A DNA stretch of 64,000 bases from Candidatus Zhuqueibacterota bacterium (GTDB lineage: Bacteria > Zhuqueibacterota > Zhuqueibacteria > Thermofontimicrobiales > Thermofontimicrobiaceae). This document shows, piece after piece, positions 11,184-20,899 of the stretch. Below the pieces are notes generated by a model. The model worked only from the letters and a program-made list of their open reading frames with translations. It was not told the origin of the DNA and searched no databases. Within the stretch, counting starts at the first letter, position 1; each line of letters starts with the position of its first letter. The position numbers were made by a program, and so were the translations under genes. The DNA lies in assembly GCA_049322915.1 (NCBI GenBank), contig JBMOPW010000013.1, forward strand, positions 62,111 to 126,110. The letters are read 5' to 3'.

Positions 11184-12722
11184 TCACGGACAGTCCGAAC
11201 ACGATGGATCGGTCAGCTCCTCAGGCTTTCGCGCGGCCAGGCGATCTTTCATCTCCTGTTCAATCTGGCTGCCGCGATTGATGATAGCCGCCGCCACCCA
11301 GAACAGGAGACTGGTCGGCAACTGCTTGGTCGCCTCCTGGGGATAATTGACGACGAACAGGCTGAACAAAACGCACATCATGGCCAGTACTATATTTTTC
11401 ATGGCCGGATCGCGTATCGTGAAATAGCTATTGATGCCCTGCCTGAAAATTGCCAGCCAGAGGGCAAAATAGAGGGTCAGGCCGACCCACCCCAATTCCA
11501 CTGCCACGCGCACATAACCGCTGTCCGGCGGGAATCCTGCCAGAAATGAGTGCGGCGCAAATCGTTCTCCCCACACGCCGGTTGCGCCCAATCCTCCGCC
11601 GAACGGATGCTTCCAGACCCAGGGCCGGATGCGTCGCTGGTTCTCGATTCGCTGCAAATACGATGGATCATCCGACGGCTGAAACGCTGACTTGAATCGC
11701 TGAAACGTGGAATTGATATGAATGGGCAAATTGATCAATCCCACGAACAGGATACCCACGATCACTGTGGAGTAAATCAATTTTCGCTTCTTCGTCACCA
11801 TCACGTACAGGAACGCGCCGATCGGAAAAATCACAAATGCAGCGCGTGTACCTGACGCCAGCATGGCCTGGAACATGATGAACGATGTGATGAATAAAAT
11901 CACCTTGTTCCGGCGCGATGTTTTCCCCAGCGCAAGCAGCAAGGCCAGCAGCGCTGTGTAGCCGATATGAATGCCGAAATCGGCCGGACCGGCCAGAAAC
12001 GAAAATTTTCTCAAATGCCCCCACTGAAACATGAGCCAGAATCGTTTCGGATCCGCGTGCACCCAGGCGTCCTCGAAAGCAGCAAGCCCAAAATATTCCT
12101 GCTTCAGTCCGTACAGCGCCGCCAGCAGCGACAGGAACAGCCACAGTTTGATGAACATCTTGATGTGCGCTTTGGTCTTTATCACAAATGAGATGATGAA
12201 AAACATGACCATGTAGCCAGCCATGGATCGGATGGTGTAAATGTAGCACATTTTATTTCCGATCGGATTGGCCACGCTCGCGAACACATATCCCATGTAC
12301 ACGAGCACCATCCTGGCGATGGGGCTGCGCGCGAAGGACCAATTCTTGATATATAAATTTTTATAAAACACGCCGAACGCGAGGAATACAACCATAAAAT
12401 CGACCACCAGTCCCAGCGGCACATCCGGCAAGGCGCGATTGACCCCGGCTAGAAAATAGGCGATGGTGATGACCGTGAAAATGCCAAAGAACGGATTGAA
12501 AATCGTGGCAAACACCGCAGGCAGACTGATGATGAGCATAATCAACATCATGCCGAGCGGCATTCCCCTGGCGCCAAATACATAGGCAAATGCCACGCCT
12601 CCCAGCACCGCGTACACAACGCCGAACCAGTTACCCAGCCGATCTTCCACAACCAGTTTGCGCAGGTACTGAATTGTGGAACTCTGTCGTCTGAAGCATT
12701 TAGCGAATAGCGTGGAATCCAT
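11184..12722 (-). CDS. O-antigen ligase/Wzy polymerase family membrane protein
   Basis: About 12 TM helices; SGTRA motif, periplasmic loop with R-ENQ-HPFGGGLG and PDSGYV-ELGWVG. Confidence 0.85.
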   Translation of the reverse strand: MDSTLFAKCFRRQSSTIQYLRKLVVEDRLGNWFGVVYAVLGGVAFAYVFGARGMPLGMMLIMLIISLPAVFATIFNPFFGIFTVITIAYFLAGVNRALPDVPLGLVVDFMVVFLAFGVFYKNLYIKNWSFARSPIARMVLVYMGYVFASVANPIGNKMCYIYTIRSMAGYMVMFFIISFVIKTKAHIKMFIKLWLFLSLLAALYGLKQEYFGLAAFEDAWVHADPKRFWLMFQWGHLRKFSFLAGPADFGIHIGYTALLALLLALGKTSRRNKVILFITSFIMFQAMLASGTRAAFVIFPIGAFLYVMVTKKRKLIYSTVIVGILFVGLINLPIHINSTFQRFKSAFQPSDDPSYLQRIENQRRIRPWVWKHPFGGGLGATGVWGERFAPHSFLAGFPPDSGYVRVAVELGWVGLTLYFALWLAIFRQGINSYFTIRDPAMKNIVLAMMCVLFSLFVVNYPQEATKQLPTSLLFWVAAAIINRGSQIEQEMKDRLAARKPEELTDPSCSDCP

Positions 12723-12723
12723 G

Positions 12724-12966
12724 TTAAAAAAAACCCAGCATAACTTTTTGCCAGAAATAGCATCCGGCGACTACAATGAAAATGAAAGCCGCCCGCCTGA
12801 AAAATGCATCCGCTGTGCTCTCGAACGGTTTGCGGCAATGCGGACACTCCGCCGGGAACAGCTCTTTCACCTTCCGCTTGCAATAGCGACAGCGCTTGAC
12901 CACATTGAAATCATCCACGTCGCGGGCTGTGGGGATGTACAATTTTTCTTCATGCTTTTTTTTCAT
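12724..12966 (-). CDS. Small zinc-ribbon protein with C-terminal TM helix
   Basis: 80 aa from MKKKHEEK; CRYC-x11-CPHC then a hydrophobic tail; exactly fills the gap between two operon genes. Confidence 0.65.
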   Translation of the reverse strand: MKKKHEEKLYIPTARDVDDFNVVKRCRYCKRKVKELFPAECPHCRKPFESTADAFFRRAAFIFIVVAGCYFWQKVMLGFF

Positions 12967-13594
12967 GCGACTTCGCCGCCACCCATTTCTTCTGCTTAAA
13001 ATCCCACTCGCGGACAACTTTGGCCGGATTGCCCACCACCACCGAGTACGGAGGCACATCATCGACGATCACGGCGTTGGCGCCGATGCGGCTGTATTTG
13101 CCAATGGTCAGCGTCTCCCCATTCTTCTTGCCGAGAATCACGGTGCCGGTCCCGACAAACGCGTCCTCTTCAATCACAATCGGCGCGCGAAAACAGGGCT
13201 GAAAATGATGCGGCTCGCCGACGTCCAATCCGTGATGCATGCCATTCACCCGCACGTATTGCGCCAGCGTGACGTGCTTGTGCATTTCCAGCGGGCCCAG
13301 CAGAATGCAGCCGATGCCGGTATGCACTTCTTCGTGAATGATCACATCGCCCATGCCATTGGCCACCACAGTCCCTTTTTCGATGCGGGAGTTCTTCCCC
13401 AGCTTGAACTTGTGAAACGGGACCAGATCCAATCGCGCGCCGGCAATGATGCCATGATTGAAATAGCGCGGAAAGATCGTGAACAGCCAGATGAACCGCC
13501 GGACGCGCGAGGAATTGGGGCGGCGCCTGAACAGCAGCCATAGCATTAATTTTTTCAACTTCGGATTTTGTTTCAATGAGCTTTGGAATCCCAT
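12950..13594 (-). CDS. Hexapeptide-repeat (LbH) acyltransferase
   Basis: IEEDAFVG, IGKYSRIGANAVIVDDVPPYSVVVGNPAK. Confidence 0.85.
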   Translation of the reverse strand: MGFQSSLKQNPKLKKLMLWLLFRRRPNSSRVRRFIWLFTIFPRYFNHGIIAGARLDLVPFHKFKLGKNSRIEKGTVVANGMGDVIIHEEVHTGIGCILLGPLEMHKHVTLAQYVRVNGMHHGLDVGEPHHFQPCFRAPIVIEEDAFVGTGTVILGKKNGETLTIGKYSRIGANAVIVDDVPPYSVVVGNPAKVVREWDFKQKKWVAAKSHEKKA

Positions 13595-14808
13595 GATGCT
13601 GCTCCCTTTTTATGAAGCCATTCTTCCAGCAGCGTTGCAAAGGCCTGTCCGCGAGCCTCCCACGTATTGTCGCGCGCAACGGCCAGGCGCTGCTGTATTT
13701 TTCTTTCGGAATTTTCATGTAACTCTTTTTGAATCGCGCGCGCAAATTCCCCGGCAGTCGCGGCGACGGACACCACATGTTCCAGCGGCCCGATGACATC
13801 CGGGTTGAACGGAGTGGTGACCACCGGCTTGCCGGCGCCCAGGTATTCGTAGAGCTTCAGCGGAAAAATGGTGCGACTCACATGATCCACTTTGAATGGA
13901 ATAATCGCCACGTCAAAGCCCTTCAGGAATCCGGGCATGGTTGCGTAGGGCCGGGGGCCCAGCGTCGCCACATTGGGAATTTTCCCGAACCAGTCCGGGA
14001 AATAGGTGCGGTCAATGGGACCGACCAGAGCCAATGTCCATTCCGGATGCTGCTCCAGAACCTGCTTCAACAGATCGTAATCGATGCGGCGTTCGATGTT
14101 GCCGAAATAGCCGATGATCGGTTTTTTCAACGGAGAGAGCGCGGCAGGGATTTCCGTTTCCGGGGCCAGGGCTTTGGCGCTGTGGGCGAAGTTCGCAGCG
14201 TTGGGAATGAAGTAGCTGTTCGGATTGAATGCCGCTTTGTTCTCCATCAATGCCCGGGATGTGCTCACCACCAGATCCGCGTTCCGAATGGCCCGCGGTT
14301 CCAGATATTCGCCGTGCCGCAGCGTGTACGGCTTGATCATGGCATCGACGCAATGATAGACCGAAAGGCTGGGTTTCAGTAACCCGACCATATCCGGGTA
14401 GAGAAAATTCCATGAGTTGATGTAAACGAAGTCCCGCATCTTCAAACGCCGTGCTGCTCTCTTGATTCTCCGCGCGATCAGTCCATGATTGAATCGGGAC
14501 ATCACATCGTACATCGCGCCTCTGGGCAATGGATTGATTGGCAAAATTGGCGGAAGAACCAGAATGTGCAGCCGGATACCGTCTTTCTCATAAGGCAGCA
14601 GCCCATTGGAAAACGGCAGGAATTTCAACCAGCGTTTTTTGACTTGGGCCGATCTCACATTCTGAAGCACATCTTTCATCGTGAATGGATTATCAACGAA
14701 AATCACCCGGTTTTCCTTTGCCAGTTCCAGAGAGATATTGAAACTGGTGGACTCGTATTCGCCATCGAAACGGGGTAGCGCCAGAACGATGATATTCTTA
14801 TCTTTCAA
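13573..14808 (-). CDS. GT4-fold glycosyltransferase (TuaH-like)
   Basis: YHCVD, IPNAA, IGYFGNI, FDVAIIPF and PLKLYEYLGAGKPVV motifs; TTG start with SD GGAG. Confidence 0.88.
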   Translation of the reverse strand: MKDKNIIVLALPRFDGEYESTSFNISLELAKENRVIFVDNPFTMKDVLQNVRSAQVKKRWLKFLPFSNGLLPYEKDGIRLHILVLPPILPINPLPRGAMYDVMSRFNHGLIARRIKRAARRLKMRDFVYINSWNFLYPDMVGLLKPSLSVYHCVDAMIKPYTLRHGEYLEPRAIRNADLVVSTSRALMENKAAFNPNSYFIPNAANFAHSAKALAPETEIPAALSPLKKPIIGYFGNIERRIDYDLLKQVLEQHPEWTLALVGPIDRTYFPDWFGKIPNVATLGPRPYATMPGFLKGFDVAIIPFKVDHVSRTIFPLKLYEYLGAGKPVVTTPFNPDVIGPLEHVVSVAATAGEFARAIQKELHENSERKIQQRLAVARDNTWEARGQAFATLLEEWLHKKGAASWDSKAH

Positions 14809-14873
14809 ATTTTAGTCTCCGCGGTATGCTATTTTATCGGAAGAAAATCCTCATCCCGTAATGGGTGTTAAAA

Positions 14874-16112
14874 TCATTTTATATCTTTCAGCGACACTTC
14901 TTTGCTGTGCGCGGTGTGAATGAATTTGCCCTGAAGCTTTTGCGTCATGCTCCGGATCGCGGATTTCACCATGCTCCCAATGAACAGGGGGCTGGACGCA
15001 AGCGCGCGGTACACCGGGGCAGGGGCCTTATCCAGCAGTAGAAAGAAAATAATACTGGCAAAATAGCCAATTGAATAGGACGCCCAGACGGCTGCCGAAA
15101 TCATGCTCGCGCGCGGGAAGAGCAACGCCCACACTATCCAGCCGCCAAGCCCCAGCACATGTAGCGCCCGGGGAATTTTGAACAGGGTGATGGCGTAATC
15201 GATGGGATCCCATTGTCGGCGCTGCAATCCCAGCCGCAGTAATTTGAAAAAATTATGTTTGAATAAATAAAACTGCCCGCCGATCCAGCGGGTGCGCTGC
15301 TGGGTGATGGCCTGATACGATTCCGTTTTCTCTTCGAACAGGATCGCTTCCGGCTCATAAAAGACATGGATATTCATTTTGAGCAGTTCCAGGAAGAACG
15401 TTTTGTCGTGAACCGGCGAGCGGGCATCCACCCCGGAAATGGCGCGCTTGTACACATTGAAATCGAACGCCATGCCGGAGCCGCTGACCTCGGCGGAAAG
15501 TCCCAGCGCCGATTTCGCTGATCGAAGCATCTGGTCGTTCATGGTCTCGGAGATATAATCGAAGCAGGCCGCATTGGTATCCAGATTGAACGGCCGTCGT
15601 CGGCCCTGAACAGCGAGATACCCCTCCTGTAACCGCTGGTTGATCTTAGTCAGGAAATTGTCCTGAAGCAGATTGTCCTTATCAATCAGCACCACCGCAT
15701 CGTACGGCCGGTTGCCGGCATGGCGTTGAATGGATTCAATGAAAAAATTCAATGCGAATAAATAAGGATTGCCGGGGCTATCGTCGAATGTCTTCTCGCA
15801 GACATGGGCGCCTCTGGCCCGCGCCGTCTGAACCAGTTCGGCTGAGCAATGCTGCGCCAGCACAAATACGTCATATTTTTCAGCCGGATACTTCTGCGCA
15901 AAACAGGCGTCGATCACATGAAGTAGCTGATTGCTCGCTTTGTAGGCCGGCAGCATCAGGGCGAATCGCTTCCTCTTCTCCCCGGCGTCTTCCGCCGGCC
16001 GGTAACGCAGTTTGAAAATGACCGCGCAAACGACCGTGAAAAACATGAACCAGGTATAAAAAACGAAATAGAACTGGGGAATCGCCAGCGCATATTTTAG
16101 TAGATCTATCAT
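14874..16112 (-). CDS. GT2 glycosyltransferase with TM helices; start revised to ATG 16112
   Basis: LPAYK, LIDKDN, VQG, GSGMAF and QRTRW motifs; ATGA overlap with the flippase stop. Confidence 0.85.
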   Translation of the reverse strand: MIDLLKYALAIPQFYFVFYTWFMFFTVVCAVIFKLRYRPAEDAGEKRKRFALMLPAYKASNQLLHVIDACFAQKYPAEKYDVFVLAQHCSAELVQTARARGAHVCEKTFDDSPGNPYLFALNFFIESIQRHAGNRPYDAVVLIDKDNLLQDNFLTKINQRLQEGYLAVQGRRRPFNLDTNAACFDYISETMNDQMLRSAKSALGLSAEVSGSGMAFDFNVYKRAISGVDARSPVHDKTFFLELLKMNIHVFYEPEAILFEEKTESYQAITQQRTRWIGGQFYLFKHNFFKLLRLGLQRRQWDPIDYAITLFKIPRALHVLGLGGWIVWALLFPRASMISAAVWASYSIGYFASIIFFLLLDKAPAPVYRALASSPLFIGSMVKSAIRSMTQKLQGKFIHTAHSKEVSLKDIK

Positions 16113-17455
16113 ATTTTCTTCCCGACTGTTTTCTGTCGTGATACACTGCGGATGACCTTTTTGAAGCCATCCCGGTAAAACACCCACATGTAAATGAACG
16201 GGTGATGCGTCTTTGTCCGGATCAATCGAACGAGCAAAATCTGCTGGGTGGCCGTTCCGATCACCGTCGAAATGAACGTGGCGACAATCGCTCCCATAAT
16301 GCCGTAATGAATGATGAAGATCCAGTTCAGCGCGAAATTGATGATCAATCCGACAATCAGGATATAGGAATTGTAATTGGGATAGCCGATGCTGTCCAGG
16401 ATCGTGCCGCCCTGTCTTCCGAAGGGCTTCACAAAGGACATAATGGCGAACAATTGCAGCACAGGCACTGCAGCGCGGTAATTTTCGCCGGCAGTCCACA
16501 CCACAATGGGCTCGGCGAACACGATCATCGCCAGGGACGCCGGGATGATCATTGCCAGCATGATGCCGACCGAGCGCTCGTACAAATAGCGGACGTTATC
16601 CAGCCCCATCTCCTTGACGCGCAACGCCGCCTGCGGAAAGACCACAGTGGCGAGAGAATTCATCGGCACATCCACGTAATTGCCAATGCGCGTGGGAATA
16701 TTGTAAATAGCCACAGCAGTTGGATTGAGGAAATAGCCGATCATCATCAAATCCATTCGATTGAACAGCATCGATGAGAACGCCGATGCAATGACGAATT
16801 TGCCGTAGCCAAAAAGTCGGGAAACCCACTGCCAGTCGATGGCGCGGCTGAGTTTGATGTACTTTCCCCCGGAAATCGCAATCACCAGGAGCCCGACAAT
16901 CGCCGCCGAAGTCTGCACGAGTGGAATTTCGATCAATTTCAGTCCGCCGCGGAAATGGTTGATGGCTACGATGAAGACGAAGTTGGCGGCATTGAAAGCC
17001 AGCGTCGAACAGAACTGCGAGCGAAAGTCCAGATTGGCCATGGATAAAAACTGAAAGAATGCCAGCGGAATGTAGAACGCGCTGTACAGCCCATACATCC
17101 ATAGCACATTGCGCAGGTCAGGCACGTTCCACACGCGGCTCAACAGCGGCGCCAATGCCGTCACCAGCCCCACGCCGATCAACCCGGTGACACAATGGAT
17201 GAAGAACGACGCTGTGGTGATTTTCCGATAATCCGCCGCCTTGCCGCCTTCGAGATGTTTCACCAGTGCATTCTGGGTAATGCCGGTGCGCAGAATTTCC
17301 GGGAACGTGGTCACTGTCAAATACAACACCCACACGCCGAACTCCTGCTGGGGAAGGATTCTCACCAGCACCAGAAATGTCAAAAAGGCGAACACCAGGA
17401 TGGAGCCGTTGGACAGCAGGGAGAACATCCCCGAAGTGATCCAGTATTTTTTCAC
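16109..17455 (-). CDS. wzx: Wzx-type polysaccharide flippase
   Basis: About 12-14 TM helices; EFGVW, RMDLMMIG and AVAIY-VFPQ MOP-family motifs. Confidence 0.85.
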   Translation of the reverse strand: MKKYWITSGMFSLLSNGSILVFAFLTFLVLVRILPQQEFGVWVLYLTVTTFPEILRTGITQNALVKHLEGGKAADYRKITTASFFIHCVTGLIGVGLVTALAPLLSRVWNVPDLRNVLWMYGLYSAFYIPLAFFQFLSMANLDFRSQFCSTLAFNAANFVFIVAINHFRGGLKLIEIPLVQTSAAIVGLLVIAISGGKYIKLSRAIDWQWVSRLFGYGKFVIASAFSSMLFNRMDLMMIGYFLNPTAVAIYNIPTRIGNYVDVPMNSLATVVFPQAALRVKEMGLDNVRYLYERSVGIMLAMIIPASLAMIVFAEPIVVWTAGENYRAAVPVLQLFAIMSFVKPFGRQGGTILDSIGYPNYNSYILIVGLIINFALNWIFIIHYGIMGAIVATFISTVIGTATQQILLVRLIRTKTHHPFIYMWVFYRDGFKKVIRSVSRQKTVGKKI

Positions 17456-17486
17456 GCAGTATTCCCTCAGTTATTCCACGAAAAAG

Positions 17487-18782
17487 TCAGCGCGCCGGCC
17501 GGTCAGCCGCCACTGCATCATGGGCGGCCAGGACATTTTCAGCAGGTTGATTCAATTTAATCGGCCCAATGCCCGAACTTCCCGGCGAGCGCTTGCCCAC
17601 CAATTTCTGATAAAGCTGCTCCGTCTTCCCAGCGATGAGCGACCACTGGAAATCCGATTCGATCCGCTGTCGTCCGCGACGACCCATCTCGCGGGCAGCC
17701 TGGCGATCCGTCAACAGCCGCTTGATGGCGTCGGTCAGGGCCGGCACATTTTCTATTTCAACGAGAAATCCTTCGACACCAGAGGTGATCATTTCATTGA
17801 CCCCGCCGATATTGAATCCGACTACAGGCAGACCGCACGCCATGGCCTCCATGAAGACGATGCCCTGGCTTTCGCCCAGCGAAGGCAGCACAAAAATCTC
17901 CGCCTGCTGGTAATGGTGGAGCAGCGCCTCGCCGCTTTTGTTGCCGACGAGAAATACGACCTCCTCCAACCCGGCCTCGCGGATGCGCTGCTCCAGCACC
18001 GGCCGGTGATTGCCCTCCCCGGCAACATGCACCGTGAGCTGCGGGAATTGCGCGACCAGGGTTTTCGTCGCTTCGATCAAGAAGCGCAGGCCTTTTCTCG
18101 GATCCAGCCGCGCCACCGACGCGATGCGGAACGGGATTTTCGCTTCCGGCGCCGGCCAGTAGTCGCTCACATCCAGACCATTGTAAATAATGTCGACATC
18201 CTCGCGGCCATGTTGAAATTCTTCTTGCATCACATCGGACATTTTTTTGCTGACAGCGATGACGCCGTCGGCGTTGGCCAACAATCCGCGTTCGATGCCG
18301 GACGCGTAGCGCTGCACCAACTTCAACTCCCAGCGACGCCGGAACGATATTTTCTTGTCCGTCAATGCCGCGTCATTTTCATTTTTCATCGTCCCGTGAA
18401 ACGTGACCACGGCCGGGGGATCGCTCTCTTTTTTGAATCGGGGGTAAAGAAATCCATTGCGCCCCTGAAGATGAACGACATCGAACCGATGAGGCTGCCC
18501 GGCAATCATTTTTCTCAGACGCTGCAGCACCACGTAGTTGAATGAAAATTCATCCAGCGCAAACAAATGAAAGAAGCCCAATTGCCCTGAAATGTACGGC
18601 ACAGGTATCACCTCAATGCCTTCATCCATGAACGGCTGTCTGGGCCTGAGAAAGTTCTGAGCGATCATGACCGTCACGCGGTGACCGCGCTTCACGAGTT
18701 CCCGGGACAGCTTCCACACATGGGTCTGAATGCCGCCGGTGTACGAATAGTGCAGCGATTTCGAAATCATCAAAATATTCAT
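17487..18782 (-). CDS. GT4 glycosyltransferase; start revised to ATG 18782
   Basis: GGIQTH, IYNGLD, ARLDPRKG and ESQGIVFMEAMACGLPVV motifs; ATGA overlap with the upstream gene. Confidence 0.9.
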   Translation of the reverse strand: MNILMISKSLHYSYTGGIQTHVWKLSRELVKRGHRVTVMIAQNFLRPRQPFMDEGIEVIPVPYISGQLGFFHLFALDEFSFNYVVLQRLRKMIAGQPHRFDVVHLQGRNGFLYPRFKKESDPPAVVTFHGTMKNENDAALTDKKISFRRRWELKLVQRYASGIERGLLANADGVIAVSKKMSDVMQEEFQHGREDVDIIYNGLDVSDYWPAPEAKIPFRIASVARLDPRKGLRFLIEATKTLVAQFPQLTVHVAGEGNHRPVLEQRIREAGLEEVVFLVGNKSGEALLHHYQQAEIFVLPSLGESQGIVFMEAMACGLPVVGFNIGGVNEMITSGVEGFLVEIENVPALTDAIKRLLTDRQAAREMGRRGRQRIESDFQWSLIAGKTEQLYQKLVGKRSPGSSGIGPIKLNQPAENVLAAHDAVAADRPAR

Positions 18783-20854
18783 CGTCTCTCCGCATTGCTT
18801 TTGAAATACAAAATGAACACCGCCTGCCCGGCATTCAGCTCGGTCAGTTCCACCAGCCGTCCTTTCCAGGCGGAGTAAAATCGTTTCCAGACGCCGCTCT
18901 CCTGCAACTCCGCATTTACGGAGAGCAATTCGTACAGCGAGACCTCGCCGGTAACGACGGCTTTGATGAGGCCATAGCCCCATTTTTCCGCCTCGGCGCG
19001 GGCAGCCTGTTCCGCCTGTTCGGCGTCGAGCCGGGCCATGGATTTCACGCGATCGCCGCCGGCGCCGTAGCAGACATCATATTTGAGCGCGGCCAATTGC
19101 ACCAGATCAATGATTTTCTGAAGCTGCGCCGGCGAAGCGAATTTATCCACCGCAGCCTTTTCGACCTGGTTTCCCGCGCGATTGTAGAGCACGACGATTT
19201 CCACGCGACGATTCTTTTGCCTGTTTTCATCCGTCGTGTTGGGCGCAATCGGCTGGGTCTCACCGAATCCCTGAGTCTGTAATTTATCCGGATCGAAACT
19301 GATATACTTCAGCAGATAGTTTTTCACGGCATTGGCCCGCGCCACCGACAACTGCATGTTGTACTCGTTGGTGGCCAAATCATCGGTGTAACCGCTGATG
19401 ATGACGCTGGCGTCCGGGTAATTTTTCAGAAATTCCACGACTCTATTCAACAGGAATTCATTCTCGGGCCGAATGGTAGCGCGGTTCACATCGAAAAGAA
19501 TATCGCCGAGCGTGAATGTCTTTTTCTCGGGAATCACCAGAGGCGCTGGCTGCGCAACTGGGGCTATTTTTTTTGCTGCCGCCACAGTGACAATCCCCCG
19601 CTCTTGCAAGGACGAACGGTCAGTTCCGCAATAGACGGAAAAAACGTATTCAAACATGCCGGCGCCGACAAATCCGCCGCTGTCACTTACACCGTACCAG
19701 GTCAATTCTTCCGGCAGTCCGTTGCTGCCCTTCCATGTTTTCACCGGATTGCGGGCGGAATCCAGTATTTTCAATTCCCAGCGCTTTATCGATTGGCAAT
19801 TCTGAGTCTGAATATGAAACCGGCACAAATCATCGACGCCGTCGTTATCCGGCGAAATGGTCGTCGGCTTGACCCTGACATGTAGTTCCGGGATGGCCTT
19901 TTTCACGAAGGAATAGATGAGCGAAATGCGATGGCTGTTGCCCAGAATCCCCATGGGATTGAAAGCATAATCGAGTGAAAAATTCTGAAGGCGAATGCCG
20001 ACGCCAGTGGCCAGCCCGGCAGAGCGGCTCAATTCCTGGTTCATTGGGCCAAAGGAATAGCCCCCCCGCAATGCCAGCAATTTGACCGGCGAAAGCTCCA
20101 CGCCCACTTTCGCGACAAGCTGATTGTCCGCCGGTTTTTCCAGTTCCGCGGCAACGAGCGCGTACTGCTGAATCTGACAGGATCCGCCGCAGGAAAAAAT
20201 GAACGGCAAATTGAACGCTTTTTCGTTGAGCGCCAGTCCCGGCCCCAGATTCCGCACGGCCAGACCCAGACAAAATCCGCGGTAGGCGTACAACCCGCCA
20301 AAATCGAAGGAGAGCGTCTGTCCATTGTACATATCGATCGATTCGAAAATGGGCTTGATGCTGACGCCAAGACTGAGCCGATCGAAAGCCCGATAGGCGG
20401 AACTGATGGTCGGAGAAAAATCGGATGCGCTGAATGTGCCGCGCTGGACAAATTCTCCGGGAGCGGTGCGTTCTGTTTTGTCCAGGGAGCCGGCGTTGAA
20501 ATACGAGAAGGCGAGCGCGAATGTCCACTCCGGGCTGATGTGCGAAGTGAACACAGCCACTTCGTGCGCCATGCTCTGCACGTAGCGGTGATGCATAAAT
20601 CCCAATTCGGTATTCGCAATGAAACCACTGATCGCCGGATTCCAGTGAATGGACAGGGCATTGCCTTTCATCCCGACGCCGGCCCCGGCCATTCCCAGCG
20701 AACGGGCGTCCACGCCAATTTTGAGATAGTTGGCGCCGGTCGTGCCGGTGTTATCTGTCTGCCCGGAAAGCGGCGGCGCGAGAATTGCCAGCGCCACCAG
20801 CACGGCTCCGCTGTAACCGATCAGGTTGAAAACCAGTTTGTTCATATCAGGCAC
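18779..20854 (-). CDS. PorV/PorQ-family (FadL-like) outer-membrane barrel fused to an Ig/FlgD-like domain, an OmpA C-terminal peptidoglycan-binding domain and an extra ~135-aa tail
   Basis: GANYLKIGVDARSLGMAGA...WNPA (PorV-like N-terminus), DYAF-GILGNSHRISL barrel end, ISPDNDGVDD-W-G Ig module, ILFD-GYTD-NMQLSVARA-GFGETQP-NRRVEI OmpA. Confidence 0.82.
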   Translation of the reverse strand: MPDMNKLVFNLIGYSGAVLVALAILAPPLSGQTDNTGTTGANYLKIGVDARSLGMAGAGVGMKGNALSIHWNPAISGFIANTELGFMHHRYVQSMAHEVAVFTSHISPEWTFALAFSYFNAGSLDKTERTAPGEFVQRGTFSASDFSPTISSAYRAFDRLSLGVSIKPIFESIDMYNGQTLSFDFGGLYAYRGFCLGLAVRNLGPGLALNEKAFNLPFIFSCGGSCQIQQYALVAAELEKPADNQLVAKVGVELSPVKLLALRGGYSFGPMNQELSRSAGLATGVGIRLQNFSLDYAFNPMGILGNSHRISLIYSFVKKAIPELHVRVKPTTISPDNDGVDDLCRFHIQTQNCQSIKRWELKILDSARNPVKTWKGSNGLPEELTWYGVSDSGGFVGAGMFEYVFSVYCGTDRSSLQERGIVTVAAAKKIAPVAQPAPLVIPEKKTFTLGDILFDVNRATIRPENEFLLNRVVEFLKNYPDASVIISGYTDDLATNEYNMQLSVARANAVKNYLLKYISFDPDKLQTQGFGETQPIAPNTTDENRQKNRRVEIVVLYNRAGNQVEKAAVDKFASPAQLQKIIDLVQLAALKYDVCYGAGGDRVKSMARLDAEQAEQAARAEAEKWGYGLIKAVVTGEVSLYELLSVNAELQESGVWKRFYSAWKGRLVELTELNAGQAVFILYFKSNAERR

Positions 20855-20899
20855 AGTCTTTTAATTCGTTGTGTCCGTGATCCGATGGATCAACTCGAT

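Noticed and set aside
14874..18983. ORF-track N-terminal extensions of the GT2 (to 16499) and GT4 (to 18983)
   Set aside because: They overlap upstream genes extensively; ATGA-coupled starts at 16112 and 18782 fit the family N-termini.
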